Assembly (NCBI RefSeq): GCF_009914755.1
Contig: NC_060933.1
Origin: the human T2T-CHM13v2.0 reference genome, Homo sapiens
Length of the DNA: 64,000 nucleotides
Strand: one strand, 5' to 3'
Positions within the stretch are counted from its first letter, which is position 1. Each line of letters begins with the position of its first letter. Of the stretch, positions 1 through 14,009 are shown piece by piece. A program made the position numbers and the translations under genes. The notes below the pieces were generated by a model that worked only from the letters and a program-made list of their open reading frames with translations, was not told the origin of the DNA and searched no databases.

Positions 1-212
1 AGAAGGAAAGAGAGAGGGGAAGATGCCAGGGTCTTTTCAACAACCAGCTCTCCCAAGAACTAACAAAACGAACATCCCAAGGAAGGGCTTTAATCTATTC
101 ATGAGGAATCACCTCCCTGACCCAAACACCTCTCATTAGGCCCCACCCACAACATTGGGGGTCAAATTTCAACATGATGATTTGGAGAAGACAAAGATCT
201 AAACCACAGTAA
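1..212 (-). mobile_element. MaLR LTR fragment (MST/MLT1A-like), cut by window edge
   Basis: Motifs 'taatctattcatgagg', 'cccaaacacctctcattaggcccca', 'tttcaacatga..tttggag', 'aaaccacagtaa' match the reverse complement of the MST LTR 5' half. Confidence 0.75.
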
Positions 213-479
213 CACCCAATCCTGCTACACTGGTCCCCATAGGTTTTCTAAGTCATTCATTCTTCAGTCCTGTCTGTAACGCACCTTAAAGGCCAGGACC
301 TTTCTCCATATGTCAAAACAGAAACATTCTGCTGTTCCCATAAATGCTCTGGACGCCAAGAAACTCTACAAATCTATTTCAAGATCCATCTGTCTAAGCA
401 CACACATAATCATCTTTTTTTTTACTAGGTTTCTACCTCTTCACTGGAGCACTCTCCCTAGGGAAGAAGTAGCTCATTT

Positions 480-983
480 CCTTTCCTCCAAATCTACCAA
501 CACCATTGTCTTTGCTCCTATAAGTATCATCACTCCTCCTATTAAATGTGTGAACTCTTCTTGCTCCTATCTAAAGCTATCCCCTAAGTTTGCAGTAGAA
601 CAGGAATATAATATTTGATTTCATACCAACTCTCTCTTGCATCATCTATGTTCCCCTCTTGAATTGATCGTTCCCATCAGCATAAAAATATGCTATAATA
701 TCTTCCATTTACACACACACACAATCTTCCCTGATCCCATTTAACCCATCAAGCAATGACCTTTTATTTCACACTTCTTTTTATGAGTATAACTAAAATG
801 ATTTATTGACATGACTATCTCCATTTTCCCCTCCTACTTTCTTTTTTAACTCCCCTTAATCAAAGCTTTTCCATCATGTTCATTCAAAACAGCTTATGTC
901 ATAGTCTCCAATAATTTTCATTCCAGCAGCAAATCCAGTGGCCAGCTTTCAATCATCTAATTAGACTTCTCATCAGCATTTGA
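480..983 (+). mobile_element. L2 LINE, ORF2 (RT) fragment 1
   Basis: 880-983 resembles L2 RT coding sequence (ETALxKVxNDL..AKSNG.FSVLILLDLSAAFD; here 'aaatccagtggccagctttcaatc...gacttctcatcagcatttga'). Confidence 0.7.
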
Positions 984-1016
984 GGGGTGAGGGAGTGAAG
1001 CAAGATGGCAGAATAG

Positions 1017-1363
<347 letters not shown>

Positions 1364-4325
1364 AGGAACACCCAATTTTAACAACTAACATTGTACAGAC
1401 TCTCACCATCACAAGAACCAAAAATCAGGTGAGCAATCACAGTACCTGGTCTTAACTTCATACTCCTGAAGCAGGCATTGATAGGGTTGGAGAGACAGTC
1501 TTGAATTACTAAAGTCACCCCTACACCATCCCCAGCAGAGGCTATGTACACAGAGAGTCTGTGCACTTGGGAAAGGGAGAGCATAATTACTGGGGGACTT
1601 TACATTGAACTCAGTGCGGCTATTACAGTAGAGAGCAAAGCCTTGCTGGGCTCATCCAATGTCCACACACAAAGGAAGCATTTGGACCAGACCTAGCCAG
1701 AGGGGAATTGCCCATCCCAGTGATCAGAACTTGAGTTTCTTGATAAGCCTCACCTCCACTGGCCAAAGTGCTCTGGGGTTCTAGGTAGTCTTGTAAGGAA
1801 GCCTAGGACACAAGGACTGCAATTCCTAGGCAACTCCTAGTGTTGGGTGGGGCTCAGAGGCAGAGAAGTAGGGTGTCATGTGACCTAGGAAGACAATACC
1901 TGGGGTAGCTAAGGAGGTGCTTGCTCCACGCCTCCCCCAAACCAAGGCAGTACAGCATGCAGCAACAAAAATGTCTCCTTCTTTCTGTGTAAGAAAAGAG
2001 GAGTAGAAATGAAAGATTTTGTCTTGCATCTTGATACCAGCTCAGCCATGGTAGAATAGGGTACCAGGCAGAGTCATGTGGCCCTGACTCCAGACCCTAG
2101 CTGATGGACCACATTTCTAGGCCACATTTCTGGGCCAAAGGGAAGCTGCTGCCTTGAAGGGAAGGACTCAGTCCCAGCAGGATTTATTACCTGATAACTA
2201 AAGAGCCCTTGGGCCCTAAGTAACCAGCAATGATACCCAAGTAGTACACGATGGACCTTGGGCTCTGAGACATGTTCACTATAGGTGTAACCCAGCACAT
2301 TCCCAGGTACAATGGGTACAGTGAAACATTCCTTCTGTTTGAGAAAAGCAGAGGGAAAGGTACAGGGGACCTTGTCTTGCACCTTAGGTATCAACTCAGC
2401 CACGCTGGGGGTAGAGCAACAAGCAGTCACTTGGCATCCCCAAGTCCAGGCCTAGGCTCTTGGACAACATTTCTAGACCTACCCTTGGCCAGAGGAGAGC
2501 CCACTTCCCTGAAGAGTGAGTCCCGTATTTGGCAACATTCACCACAAGCTGACTGAAAAGCCCTTAGATTTTAAGTGAACTTCAGCAGTGGCTTAGTGGA
2601 ATCTCCCATGGGCTGGTGCAGGGATGACCACAGGGAGAGGTTTCTCTGCCTGTGAATAGAGGAGGAAAGAGCAGGAAGGACTTTGTATTATGGTTTCAGT
2701 GTCAGCTTAGCAGAAGTAGAATAGAACATCAGATAAATTTCTCAGGTGTTTTACTCCAATCCCTGGCTCCTAGAAAGCATCTCTAGATGTGGCCAGCACT
2801 TGGGGAAACTCACTTATCTGAAGCCCTAGGGCCTTGAGTGAACATAGGCGGTAGATAGGTCATGTTTAAAGTGGGTCTTGGGCAAGACCCAGTACTGTGT
2901 TGGCTTCAGATATGATCCAGTGCAATCCCAGTGGTTGTGGCCACAAGGGTGCTTGCATCATCACACTCCCAGTTCCAGGTGGCTCAACACAGAAAGAGAG
3001 ACTCTGTTTGTTTGGGAGCAAGTAAGGGAAAAGAACAAGAATCTCTGCCTGGTAATCCAGAGAGTTCTTCCAGATCTTATCCAAGACCACAAAGGTGCTA
3101 CCTTTATAAGTCTGCAAAAACCACCATGTTATTTGGGGGGGGCTGAAGTCTCTTTGAATACCTGGAAAGCCTTCTCAAGAAGGACAGACACAAATAAGCA
3201 CAGACTGTGACGACTACAATAAATACCAGCTCTTCAAGGCCCAGACACTGATGAACACCTGCAAGTATTAAGACTACCCACAAAAACATGACCTCACCAA
3301 ACAAACTAAATAAGGCACCAGGGACTAATCCTGGAGAAACAGATATACGTCCTTTCAAACAGACAATTCAAAATAGCTTTTTTGAGGAAACTCAAAGAAA
3401 TTCAAGATAACACAGAGAAGGAATTCAGAATTCTATCAGATAAATTTAGCAAAGAGATTGAATTAATTAAAAAGAATCAAGCAGAAATTCTAGAGTTGAA
3501 AAATGCAATTGCATCCTGAATAAGGCATCAAGAGGCTCTTAATAGCAGAATTGATCAAGTGCAAGAAAGAATTAGTAAGCTTAAAGACAGGGCATTTGAA
3601 AATACACAGAGGAGACAAAAGAAAAAAGGATAAATAAGGATGAAGCTTGCCTACAAGATCTAGAAAATAGCATCAAAGGGGCAAATATAATAGTTATTGG
3701 CCATAAAGAAGAGACAGAGAAAGAGATATGGATAGAAAGTTTATTCAAAGGGATAATAACAGAAATTCCCAAACCTAGAAAAAGATATCAACATTCAAGT
3801 ACAGGAAGGTTATAGAACAACAAGCAGATTTAACCCAAAGAAGACTACCTCAAGGCATTTAATAATCATATTCCCAAAGGTCATGGATAAAAAATGATTT
3901 TAAAAGTGGAAAGAGAAAAGAAACAATATACATTGGCGCCCCAATACATCTGGGATCAGACTTTTCAGTGGAAACCTTACAGGCCAGAAGAGAGTGGAAT
4001 GACATATTTAAAGTGCTAAGGGAAAGTACTTTTACCCTAGAAGAGTATATCCAACAAAAATTTCCTTTAAATATAAAGGAAATATAAAGACCTTTCCAGA
4101 CAAACAAAAGCTGAGGGATATCATCAACATCAGACCTGTCCTAAAAGAAATGCTTAAAGGAAGTTCTTCAATCTGAAAAAAAGGAATGTTAATGAGCAAG
4201 GAACAGTCATCTGAAAGTACAAAACTCACTGCTAATAGTAAGCACACAGAAAATCCCAGAACAGTATGACACTGTAATTGTGGTGTATAAACTACTCTTA
4301 TTTTAAGTAGAAAGGCTAAATGATG

Positions 4326-4626
<301 letters not shown>

Positions 4627-6994
4627 CTAAATGATCAAGCAATCAAAAGTAATTAATAATAACAACTTTTCAAGACATAGACAGTATAATAAGACATAAA
4701 GAGAAACAACAAAGTTAAAAAGCAGGGATGCAAAGTTAAAGTGTAGAGTTTTTATTAATTTTCTTTTTGTGTGTTTGTTTTTGCAATCAGTGTTAAGTTG
4801 TCATCAGTTTAAAATAATGGGTTATAAGATAGTATTCACAAGCCTTGTGGTAACCTTATATCAAAAAACATACAACAGATACATAAAAAATAGAAAGCAA
4901 GAAATTAAATCACAACACCAAAGAAAATCACCTTCACTAAAAGGAAGGCAGGAAGAAAGGGAAGAAGGAAGATAAGACTGTGTAACAATCAGAAAACAAA
5001 TAACAAAATAACAGGAGTTAGTTCCTACTTATCAATAGTAACATTTAATGAAAATGGAATAAACACTCCAATAAAGACATAGAGTGGCTGAATGGATGAA
5101 AAAACAAGACCCAGTGATTTGTTGCCTACAAGAAAGACACCATGTATAAAGATGTACATAGAAATGGAAATAAAGGGATGGAAAAAGATATTCTGTACCA
5201 ATAGAAACAACAACAACAAAAAGCAGGAATAGCTAATATTATATGAGATAAAGTAGATTTCAAGACAAAAACTGTAAGAAGCGACAAAGAAGTCAATATA
5301 TAATCATAAAGGGGTCAATTTAGCAAGAGGATTTAATGATTGTAAATATATGTACACCCAAAACAGGAGCACTCAGATATATAAAGCAAATATTATTAGA
5401 GCCATAAACAGAGATAGACCTCAATACAGTAACAGCTATGGACTTCAACACCCAACTTTCAGCATTGGACATATCTCCCAGGCAGAAAATCAACAAAGAA
5501 AAATATATAACATACCTGTACTATAGAATAAATGGACCTAATAAATATTTATAGAACATTTCACCCCACGGCTATAGACTACACATTCTTCTCAGCACAT
5601 GGATCATTCTCAAGGATAGAACATATGTTAGGTCACAAAACAGAAAACGTCTTTCAACATTCACAAACATTGAAATAATATAAAGCATCTTCTCTAACCA
5701 CAATGAAATAAAATGAGAAATCAATAACAAGAGGAATTTTGGAAACTAAACAAGCTCATGAAAATTAAATATGCTCCTAAATGACCAGTGGATCAATAAG
5801 AAATTAAAAAGGAAATTGAAAATTTTCTTGAAACAAATGAAAATGGAAATACAACATACTAAAACCTATCAGATATAGCGAAAACAGTACTAAAAGGGAA
5901 GTTTATAGCTATAAGTGCCTACATCAAAAAAGAAGAAAAATCTCAAATAAATAACCTAATAGTGCATCTTAGGGAACTAGAAGAGCAAGAGTAAACTGAA
6001 CCCAAAATTAGTAGGAGAAAAGAAATAGTAAAAATAGGAGCAAAAAAATAAATTTAAAATGAAGAAAACAATAAAGATCAATGAAACGAAAGTTGGTTTT
6101 TAGAAAAGATAAACAAAATTGACAAATCTTTAGCCAGACTAACAAAGAAAAAAGGGAGAAGGCCCAAATAAATGAAATCAGATGGAAAAGGAGACATTAC
6201 AACTGACACTGCAGAAATTAAAAGGATCATTAGTGGCTACTATGAGAAGCTGTATGTCAATAATTGAAAAATCTAGAGAAAATGAATAAATTCCAAGACA
6301 CATACAACCTACCAAGATTGAACCAGGAATAAATCCAAAACCTGAACAAATAACAAGCAATAACATTGAAGACATAATAAAAAGTCTCCCAGTAAAGAAA
6401 AGCCTGGGACCCAGTGGTTTCACTGTTGAATTCTACCAAACATTTAAAGAAGAACTAATACCAATCCTACTCAAGCTATTCCAAAAAATAGAGGAGGGGG
6501 AACTACTTTCAAATACATTCTATGAGGCCAATATTACCCCAATACTAAAACCAGACAAAGACACATCAGAAAAAGAAAACCACAGGCCAAGGTGTCTGAT
6601 GAATATTGATGCAAAAATCCTCAGCAAAATACTAGCAAGCAAAATTCAACAATACGTTAGAAAGGTCATTCGTTATTACCAAGCGGGATTTATCCCAAGG
6701 ATTCAAAGATGGTTCAACATATGCAAACCAATCAGTATGATACATCATACCAACAGAATGAAGGACAAAAACCATATAATCATTTCAATTGGTGTCAAAA
6801 AAATAACTTAATAAAACTCAACATTTGTTCATGATAAAAACCTCAAAAATCCTGCAGGATACAAAATCAACCTACAAAAATCAGTAGCACTTCTAGTATA
6901 TATGCCAACAGTGAACAATCTGAAAAGAAATTTAAAAAGTAATCCCATTTACAATAGCCACAAATAAATTTATATATCTAGGAATTAACAGAGC

Positions 6995-7350
6995 TGTATT
7001 AGTTCATTTTCACATTGCTATAAAGATACTACCTGAGACTATGTAATTTATAAAGAAAAGAGGTTTAATTGACTCACAGTTCCACCTGGCTGGGGAGGCC
7101 TCAGGAAACTTAAAATCGTGATGGAATGGGAAGCAGGCACATCTTACATGGCAGCAGGCAAGAAAGAGAGAGGGGTGGGGAACTGTAAAATACTTATAAA
7201 ACCATCAGATCTCATGGGAACTCACTCACTTTCATGAGAACAGCATGGGGGAAAATGCCCCCATGATGAAATCACCTCCCAACAGGTCACTCCCTCAACA
7301 TGTGGGGATTATAGGGATTACAATTCAAGAAGAAATTCTGGTGGGGACAA
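6995..7350 (-). mobile_element. THE1/MSTA solo LTR inside L1 ORF2, one end deleted
   Basis: 'tgtattagttcattttcacattgctataaagatactacctgagact...ggggaggcctcaggaaactt...accatcagatctcatg...gtggggaca'; terminal 'cagccaaaccatatca' missing. Confidence 0.88.
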
Positions 7351-9194
7351 AAAAAATTCTTCTGATAAAAGAAATTAAAGAGGACACCACAAAATGAAAA
7401 TATATTCCATATTGATGGATAGCAAGAATCAATATTGTTACAATGTCTATACTACCCAAAGCAATCTATAGATTCTATACAATCTTTATCAAAATACCAA
7501 TGACATCCATCACAGAAATAGAAAAAGAAATCCTAAAATGTATATAGAACCACAAAAGACCCAAACTAGCCAAAGCCATCCTAAGCAAAAAACAATACTG
7601 GAGGAATCACATTACCTGACTTCAAATTATACTATAGAGCTATAGTAACCAAAAGAACATTCTACTGGTATAAAAACAGACACGTAGACCAATGGAACAC
7701 AACAGAGAACCCAGAAACAAATCCACACTCCTACAATGAACTCATTTTTGACAAAGGTGCTAAGAACATACACTGGGGAAAAGATAGTAACTTCAATAAA
7801 TGGTGCTGGGAAAACTGGATACCCACATACAGAAGAATGAAACTATACCTTTATGTCTTGCCATATACAAAAATCCAATCCAAATGGATTAAAGACTTAA
7901 ATCTAAGCCCTGAAATTATGAAACTACTACAAGAAAGCATCAGAGAAACTATCTAGGGCATTGGTCTGGGCAAAAGTTTCTTGAGCAATACCCCACAAGT
8001 ACAGGCAACCAAAGGAAAAAAAGGACAAATGGGATCACATCAAGTTAAAAACCTCCTTCACACCAACGGAAAAAAATCAACAAAGTGAGGAGACAACCCA
8101 CAGATCAGGAGAAAATATTTGCAAAGTATCCATCTGACAAAGGATTAATAACAAGAATATATAATGAACACAAACAATTCTATGGGAAAGAAATCTAAAA
8201 TTTGATTTCAAAATGAGCAAAAGATCTCAATAGACATTTCTCAAAAGACTTACAAATGGCAAACTGGCATATAAAAAGGTAATCAGCATAATTGATCATC
8301 AGAGAAATGCAAATCAAAACTAATGAGACATTGCACACAAGTTAAAATGACTTTTATCCAAAAGACAGGCAATAACAAATGCTGGAGAGAATAAGGAAAA
8401 AAGAGAAACCTCCTACACCATTGGTGGGAATGTAAATTAGTACAACCACAATGGAAAACAGTTTGGAGTTTCCTCAAAAAACTAAATACAGAGCTACCAT
8501 ATGATCCAGCAATCCCACTGATGGGTATATACCCAAAAGAAAAGAAATCAGTATATCAAAGAGATACCTGCACTACCATGTTTGTTGCAGCACTATTCAC
8601 AATACTCAAGATTTAGAAGCAACGCAGGTGTCCATCGACAGATGAATGGAGCTTAAAAATGTGGTACATATACACAATGGAGTATTATTCAGCCATAAGA
8701 AAGAATGAGATCCTGTCATTTGCAATAGCATGGATGGAACTCGAGGTCACTATTTGAAATAAGCCAGCCACAGAAAGACAAACTTCACATGTTCTCACTC
8801 ATTTGTGGGATCTAAAAATCAAAACAATTGAACTCATGGAGACAAGAGAGTAGAAGGATGCTCACCAGAGGCTGGGAAGGGTAGTAGGGGGTGCATGGGG
8901 GGTGACGATGGTTAATGCATACCAAAAAAAATACTTAGAAAGAATAAATAAGACCTAGTATTTGACAGAAAACAGGGAAACCACAGTCAATAATAATTTC
9001 ATTGTACATTCTAAAATAACTAAAGGAATATAATTGGATTATTTGTAACACAAAGGATAAATGGTTGAGGGGATGGATATTCCATTTTCCATGATATGGT
9101 TTTTATGCATTGCATGCCTGTATCAAAACATCACATATATCCCCATAAATATATACACATACGATTTACTCAGAAAAATTAAAAATTAAAAAAA

Positions 9195-9265
9195 TGTTGA
9201 AAAACTTTCTTTACTGTTTTCCAGGATATCATATTCTTCTTTTCATCTCCTCATGGACCACTATT
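9195..9265 (+). mobile_element. L2 fragment 2 (resumes after L1)
   Basis: 'ttgaaaaactttctttactgttttccaggatatcatattc' continues the L2 RT sequence interrupted at 983. Confidence 0.55.
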
Positions 9266-9269
9266 TTGA

Positions 9270-9645
9270 CTTTTTATTTTAAAGTAAAATATAGATATGG
9301 AAAGTCACATAAAGCAAATGTATAGTTTCATGAATTTTACTGAGATAAACACCCTGGTAACCAATGAAGAAATCGAATTTTGCAACCATCCTTGAAGCCC
9401 CACTATATGCAATACACTTCAATCAAAATCCCTTCTTTTGTTTTATCTAAAAGTAACCACTAGCTTAACTTGTGTATTACTTCTTTACATTGGTCTTATC
9501 ATCCAAGTGTGGATCCTTAGCTATTACCTGTTTAGTCTTAGCTATTTTATACCTGATACGTCTTTTTCATATCTTTTAAACTGAAGGTTCCTATTCAATC
9601 TCCTTCTTTTCTTTATAATGTATCTGTTGATGAGCCTGGCCTTGA
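9270..9645 (-). mobile_element. Old L1M (L1MC/L1ME) 3' fragment
   Basis: T-rich start, 'tatagtttcatgaatttt', 'aaagtaaccacta', typical of antisense L1ME/MC 3'UTR. Confidence 0.55.
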
Positions 9646-9741
9646 TCTTCCTATTCCTGTATTATTTTTACATCTCCTAAGGCACAGTAATTGACTTGGC
9701 TGGTCAGGAAAGAACACCTTTTTGATTCCTATTCTTTTCTT

Positions 9742-9953
9742 ATAATCCACATCAAATCAGGAAGTTCTGTTTTCACTGCCTTCAAAATGTAGCCTCAGTC
9801 TGACCACATCTCAACATTTCCAACTTGCCTCCTCTAGTCTAAACCCCTATCAACTCACCTAAATGATTGCAGTCCCTTACTAACTGGTTTCCTGGCCTGA
9901 ACATTTTTTTAAACTGCAGCAATCTACTTTCTGTACAGCATCGAGAATAATCT
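9742..9953 (+). mobile_element. L2 fragment 3
   Basis: 'atccacatcaaatcaggaagttctg...cttcaaaat...tgaccacatctc...cttactaactggtttcctg' is L2a 3' region. Confidence 0.7.
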
Positions 9954-9959
9954 ATTTTT

Positions 9960-10285
9960 TATCTTTTATTTTTCTCTTTGCCTTTTTCAAATTTTGAAAC
10001 AATCATAAAGTTACAGAAAAAAAAATTAACTCTCCTAAATAAACACAGTACAGCCACCAAATCAGAAAATTAACATGGATACATTACATCTAATCCTTAG
10101 AATCCATTCAATAGTTTTGCCAATTGTCTGAAGGTTTTTTAATTCAACAAAACTCCAGTTCAGAACAATTTCTTGCATTTAGTTGCTATGTCTCAGTATT
10201 CTTCATCAGTCTCAATTAGTTTCTTAGCCTTTTCTTAGCTTTCACAACTTTGATATATTTGAAGATTACAGACCGTTTAGCTTTT
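9960..10285 (-). mobile_element. L1MC4/5-type 3' end, part 1
   Basis: 'aaagttacagaaaa...aaattaacatggatac...ttgcatttagttgctatgtctc...tttgaagattacag'. Confidence 0.65.
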
Positions 10286-11336
10286 CATATTTTTATTCAA
10301 TAAACTTTATTTTTAGAGCAGTTTAGTTTCACAGCACAATTAAGCAGAAAGTACAGAAAGATCCTATATACTTGCTCTCCCAACAAATGCACAAACTCCC
10401 CAACTACTGACATCCCCCACCAGAGTGGAACGTGCTGTATGATTCCAACTACATGACACTCTGAAAAATGCAAAACTAAGGAGATGGTGAATACATCAGC
10501 AGTTTTCAGGAGTTAAGAGGGAGGGAGGTATAGAAAATTTAAAAAAAAAAAGGACAAAAAAGGAGGGGATAGAGTAGGGAGGAGGGGATAGATGAATAGG
10601 CTAAGCACAGGGGACTTTTAGGGCACTGAAACTATTATGATACAGTAAAGTATGTGTGATACTTCAATTGTCGATACATGTCACTACATATTTGTCAAAA
10701 TTCATAGAATATACACCACCAAGAGTTTATCCTCATGTAAACTATGGGCTTTGGGATATAATAATGTGTCGACGTAGGTTCATCAATTGTAACAAATGTG
10801 CCTCTGGTAGCACACGACATCCTTTCAGATTGCCTTCTTTTACTTAGTAATATACATTTCCATTTCTTCTATATCTTTTCATGGCTTAATAGCACATTTC
10901 TTTTTAGTGATTAATAAGATTCCCTTGTCTAGATGTACCACAGTTTTATTTATCCATTCACGTACTTAAGGACATCTTGATTGCTTACAATTTTTGGAAA
11001 TATGAGTAAAGCTGCATTTTTATAGGATTCCATTTTCTTTTCTTTCTTAGCATATAAATTCTCCTTTATTTTTAAACCTTTTTAGTGATTGCCCTAGAGT
11101 TTGCAATTTACATTTATAACTAATCCAAATCCACTTTCAAATAACACTATACCACCTCACAAGTAGTACTAGTAACTTATAATAAAAAAACCCTAATTCT
11201 TCCCTCCCATCCTTTGTATCAGTTTGTCACTCATTTCACTTATATACAAGCATGTATAGTTCAATACATAGTTGCAATTATTACTTTGAAGAAAACTGTT
11301 GTTAGATCAAGTGAGAACAAGAAAAATAAAAGTTTG

Positions 11337-11695
<359 letters not shown>

Positions 11696-11913
11696 TTATG
11701 TAGATATGTAGACTTTCTGACTGAGATCATTTTCCTTCTCTCTGAAGAACTTATTTTAACATTTTTTGTAAGGTAGGTCTACTGGCAACAAATTCATTCA
11801 ATTTTTGTTTGTTTAAAAAATCTTTATTGCTCCTTCACTTTTGAAGAATAATTTAACAGGGTAAAGAATTTTAGATTGGTAGACTTTTTTTCTTCTCTCT
11901 ACAAACACTTTAA

Positions 11914-12273
<360 letters not shown>

Positions 12274-13440
12274 TAGGTTCTTGCAATATTTTTTTCTTTA
12301 TCTTTGATTTTTTGAAATATATGCCTATGTATAGTTTTTTGTTTGTTTTTGTTTTGTTTTGTTTTTTGCATTTATGTTGCTTGTACTTAAGCTTCCAACA
12401 TCTGTGGTTTGATATCTAATACTAATTTGAGGAAGTGCTCAGTCATTATTGCTTCAAACATTGCTCCTCTTTCCTTCCCTCTTCTCCTACTGGTATTCCT
12501 CTTATGTATATGTTATTCCATTTTTGATTGTCCCACAGTTCTTGGATATTCTGTTCTATCGTTTTCAGTCTTTTTTCTCTTTTTTTTCATTTTGGAAGTT
12601 TTTGTTTTCATATCCTCAACCTCATAGATTTTTTTTTCCACAGTCATGTCCAGTGTACTAATAAGGCCATCAAAGGAATTCTCCATTTCTGTTACAGTGC
12701 TTTTTATCTTTAGCATTTCTTATTTATTCCTTCTTAAAATGTTCCTCTCTCTACTTATATTAACTATCTGTTCTTGCATGTTGTCTACCTTTTTCATTAA
12801 AGTCCTTAGCATATTAGTCATATTTTTTTTTCCTGGTTTAATAATTCCAACATTCCTGCCGTATCTTACTCTCTGGTTCTAATGCTTGTGCAGCCAATTC
12901 AAACTATGTTTTCTGTCTTTTAATATGCCTTGTAATTGTTGAAATGTGAACATGATGTACTGGGTAAAAGGAATTGTGGTAAATAGGCCTTTAGTAATGT
13001 GGTAGTAAAGTATTTGGGGAGAGAAAGTGTTCTAAGCCCTATGATTAGGTCCCAGTCATTTGGCAAGCTTGTGCCCGTGGACTATGAACTTCCTCAGTGC
13101 CTCTTAGTTGCTCCCTGTCACCGACACCCATGCTGTTACATGGGACAGGATGGTTAGAGGAGGCTGGAGTTGGGCATTTTCCTTCCCCTAGGTAGGTCAG
13201 ACTTTGATAAAATAAGTTAAGCTCTGGTAAAATATTTAGGCCCTGCCAAAATTCTTTCTCCTAGGGGCAGGCCTTGTTAAGAACAGAGTAGTCAGGCATA
13301 CTTCAAAATGATTCCTATTCCCCTCCCCCTGAAAGAAGTAGGGGATTTTCCTCCAGTGTTCACCAGGAGGATATAGTAAAGCTCCTGGAGGTAAAACTCA
13401 CTAAAGTGTGAAGGCCTCCCTATGACTTGTCCCCTTGGAG

Positions 13441-13749
13441 TTGTTTACTTGTTTGTTTGTTTGTTTGTTTGAGACAGTCTGGTTCTGTCACCAAAGCTGG
13501 AGTTTAGTGGTGCAATCTCTGCTCACTGCAACCCCCACCTCCCAGGTTCAAGTGATTTTCATGCCTCAGGCTCCCGAGAGGCTTGGATTATAGGCTTGTG
13601 CCACCACACCTGACTAATTTTTGTACTTTTAGCAGAGACGGGGTTTTGCCATGTTGGCCAGGCTGGTCCTGAACTCCTTACCTCAGGTGATCTGCGCACC
13701 TCAGCCTCCCAAAGTGCTGGGATTACAGACGTGAGCCGCTGCATCCAGC
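13441..13749 (-). mobile_element. AluSx-like with (TTTG)n tail
   Basis: 'cctcaggtgatctgcgcacctcagcctcccaaagtgctggga'; TSD core ttggagtt. Confidence 0.9.
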
Positions 13750-14009
13750 AACATTTGGAGTTTTTAATTCTTAGGCTTGTCCACTTTGAGCCTCCAACAA
13801 TTCATAAGGTTCATGTTCCCTCCCTGGCACTGGTTCCTGCAGTGGTTTTTGCTTGTGAGTGTCGGCTCCAGTAAATTGAAATCATGTCATATCTGCCTGT
13901 CTGTCTGTCCAATTTTGGGAGCAGCAGTTTTCCTTCTAACCTCATTTATCTGATGATATCAGAAGAGTTGCTCATTTTTCAGTTTGTTCAGCTTTTCACT
14001 TGTCATCAT

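Noticed and set aside
6599-6811. RT-like ORF (also 57248-57430)
   Set aside because: Fragments of dead L1 ORF2, annotated as part of the elements.
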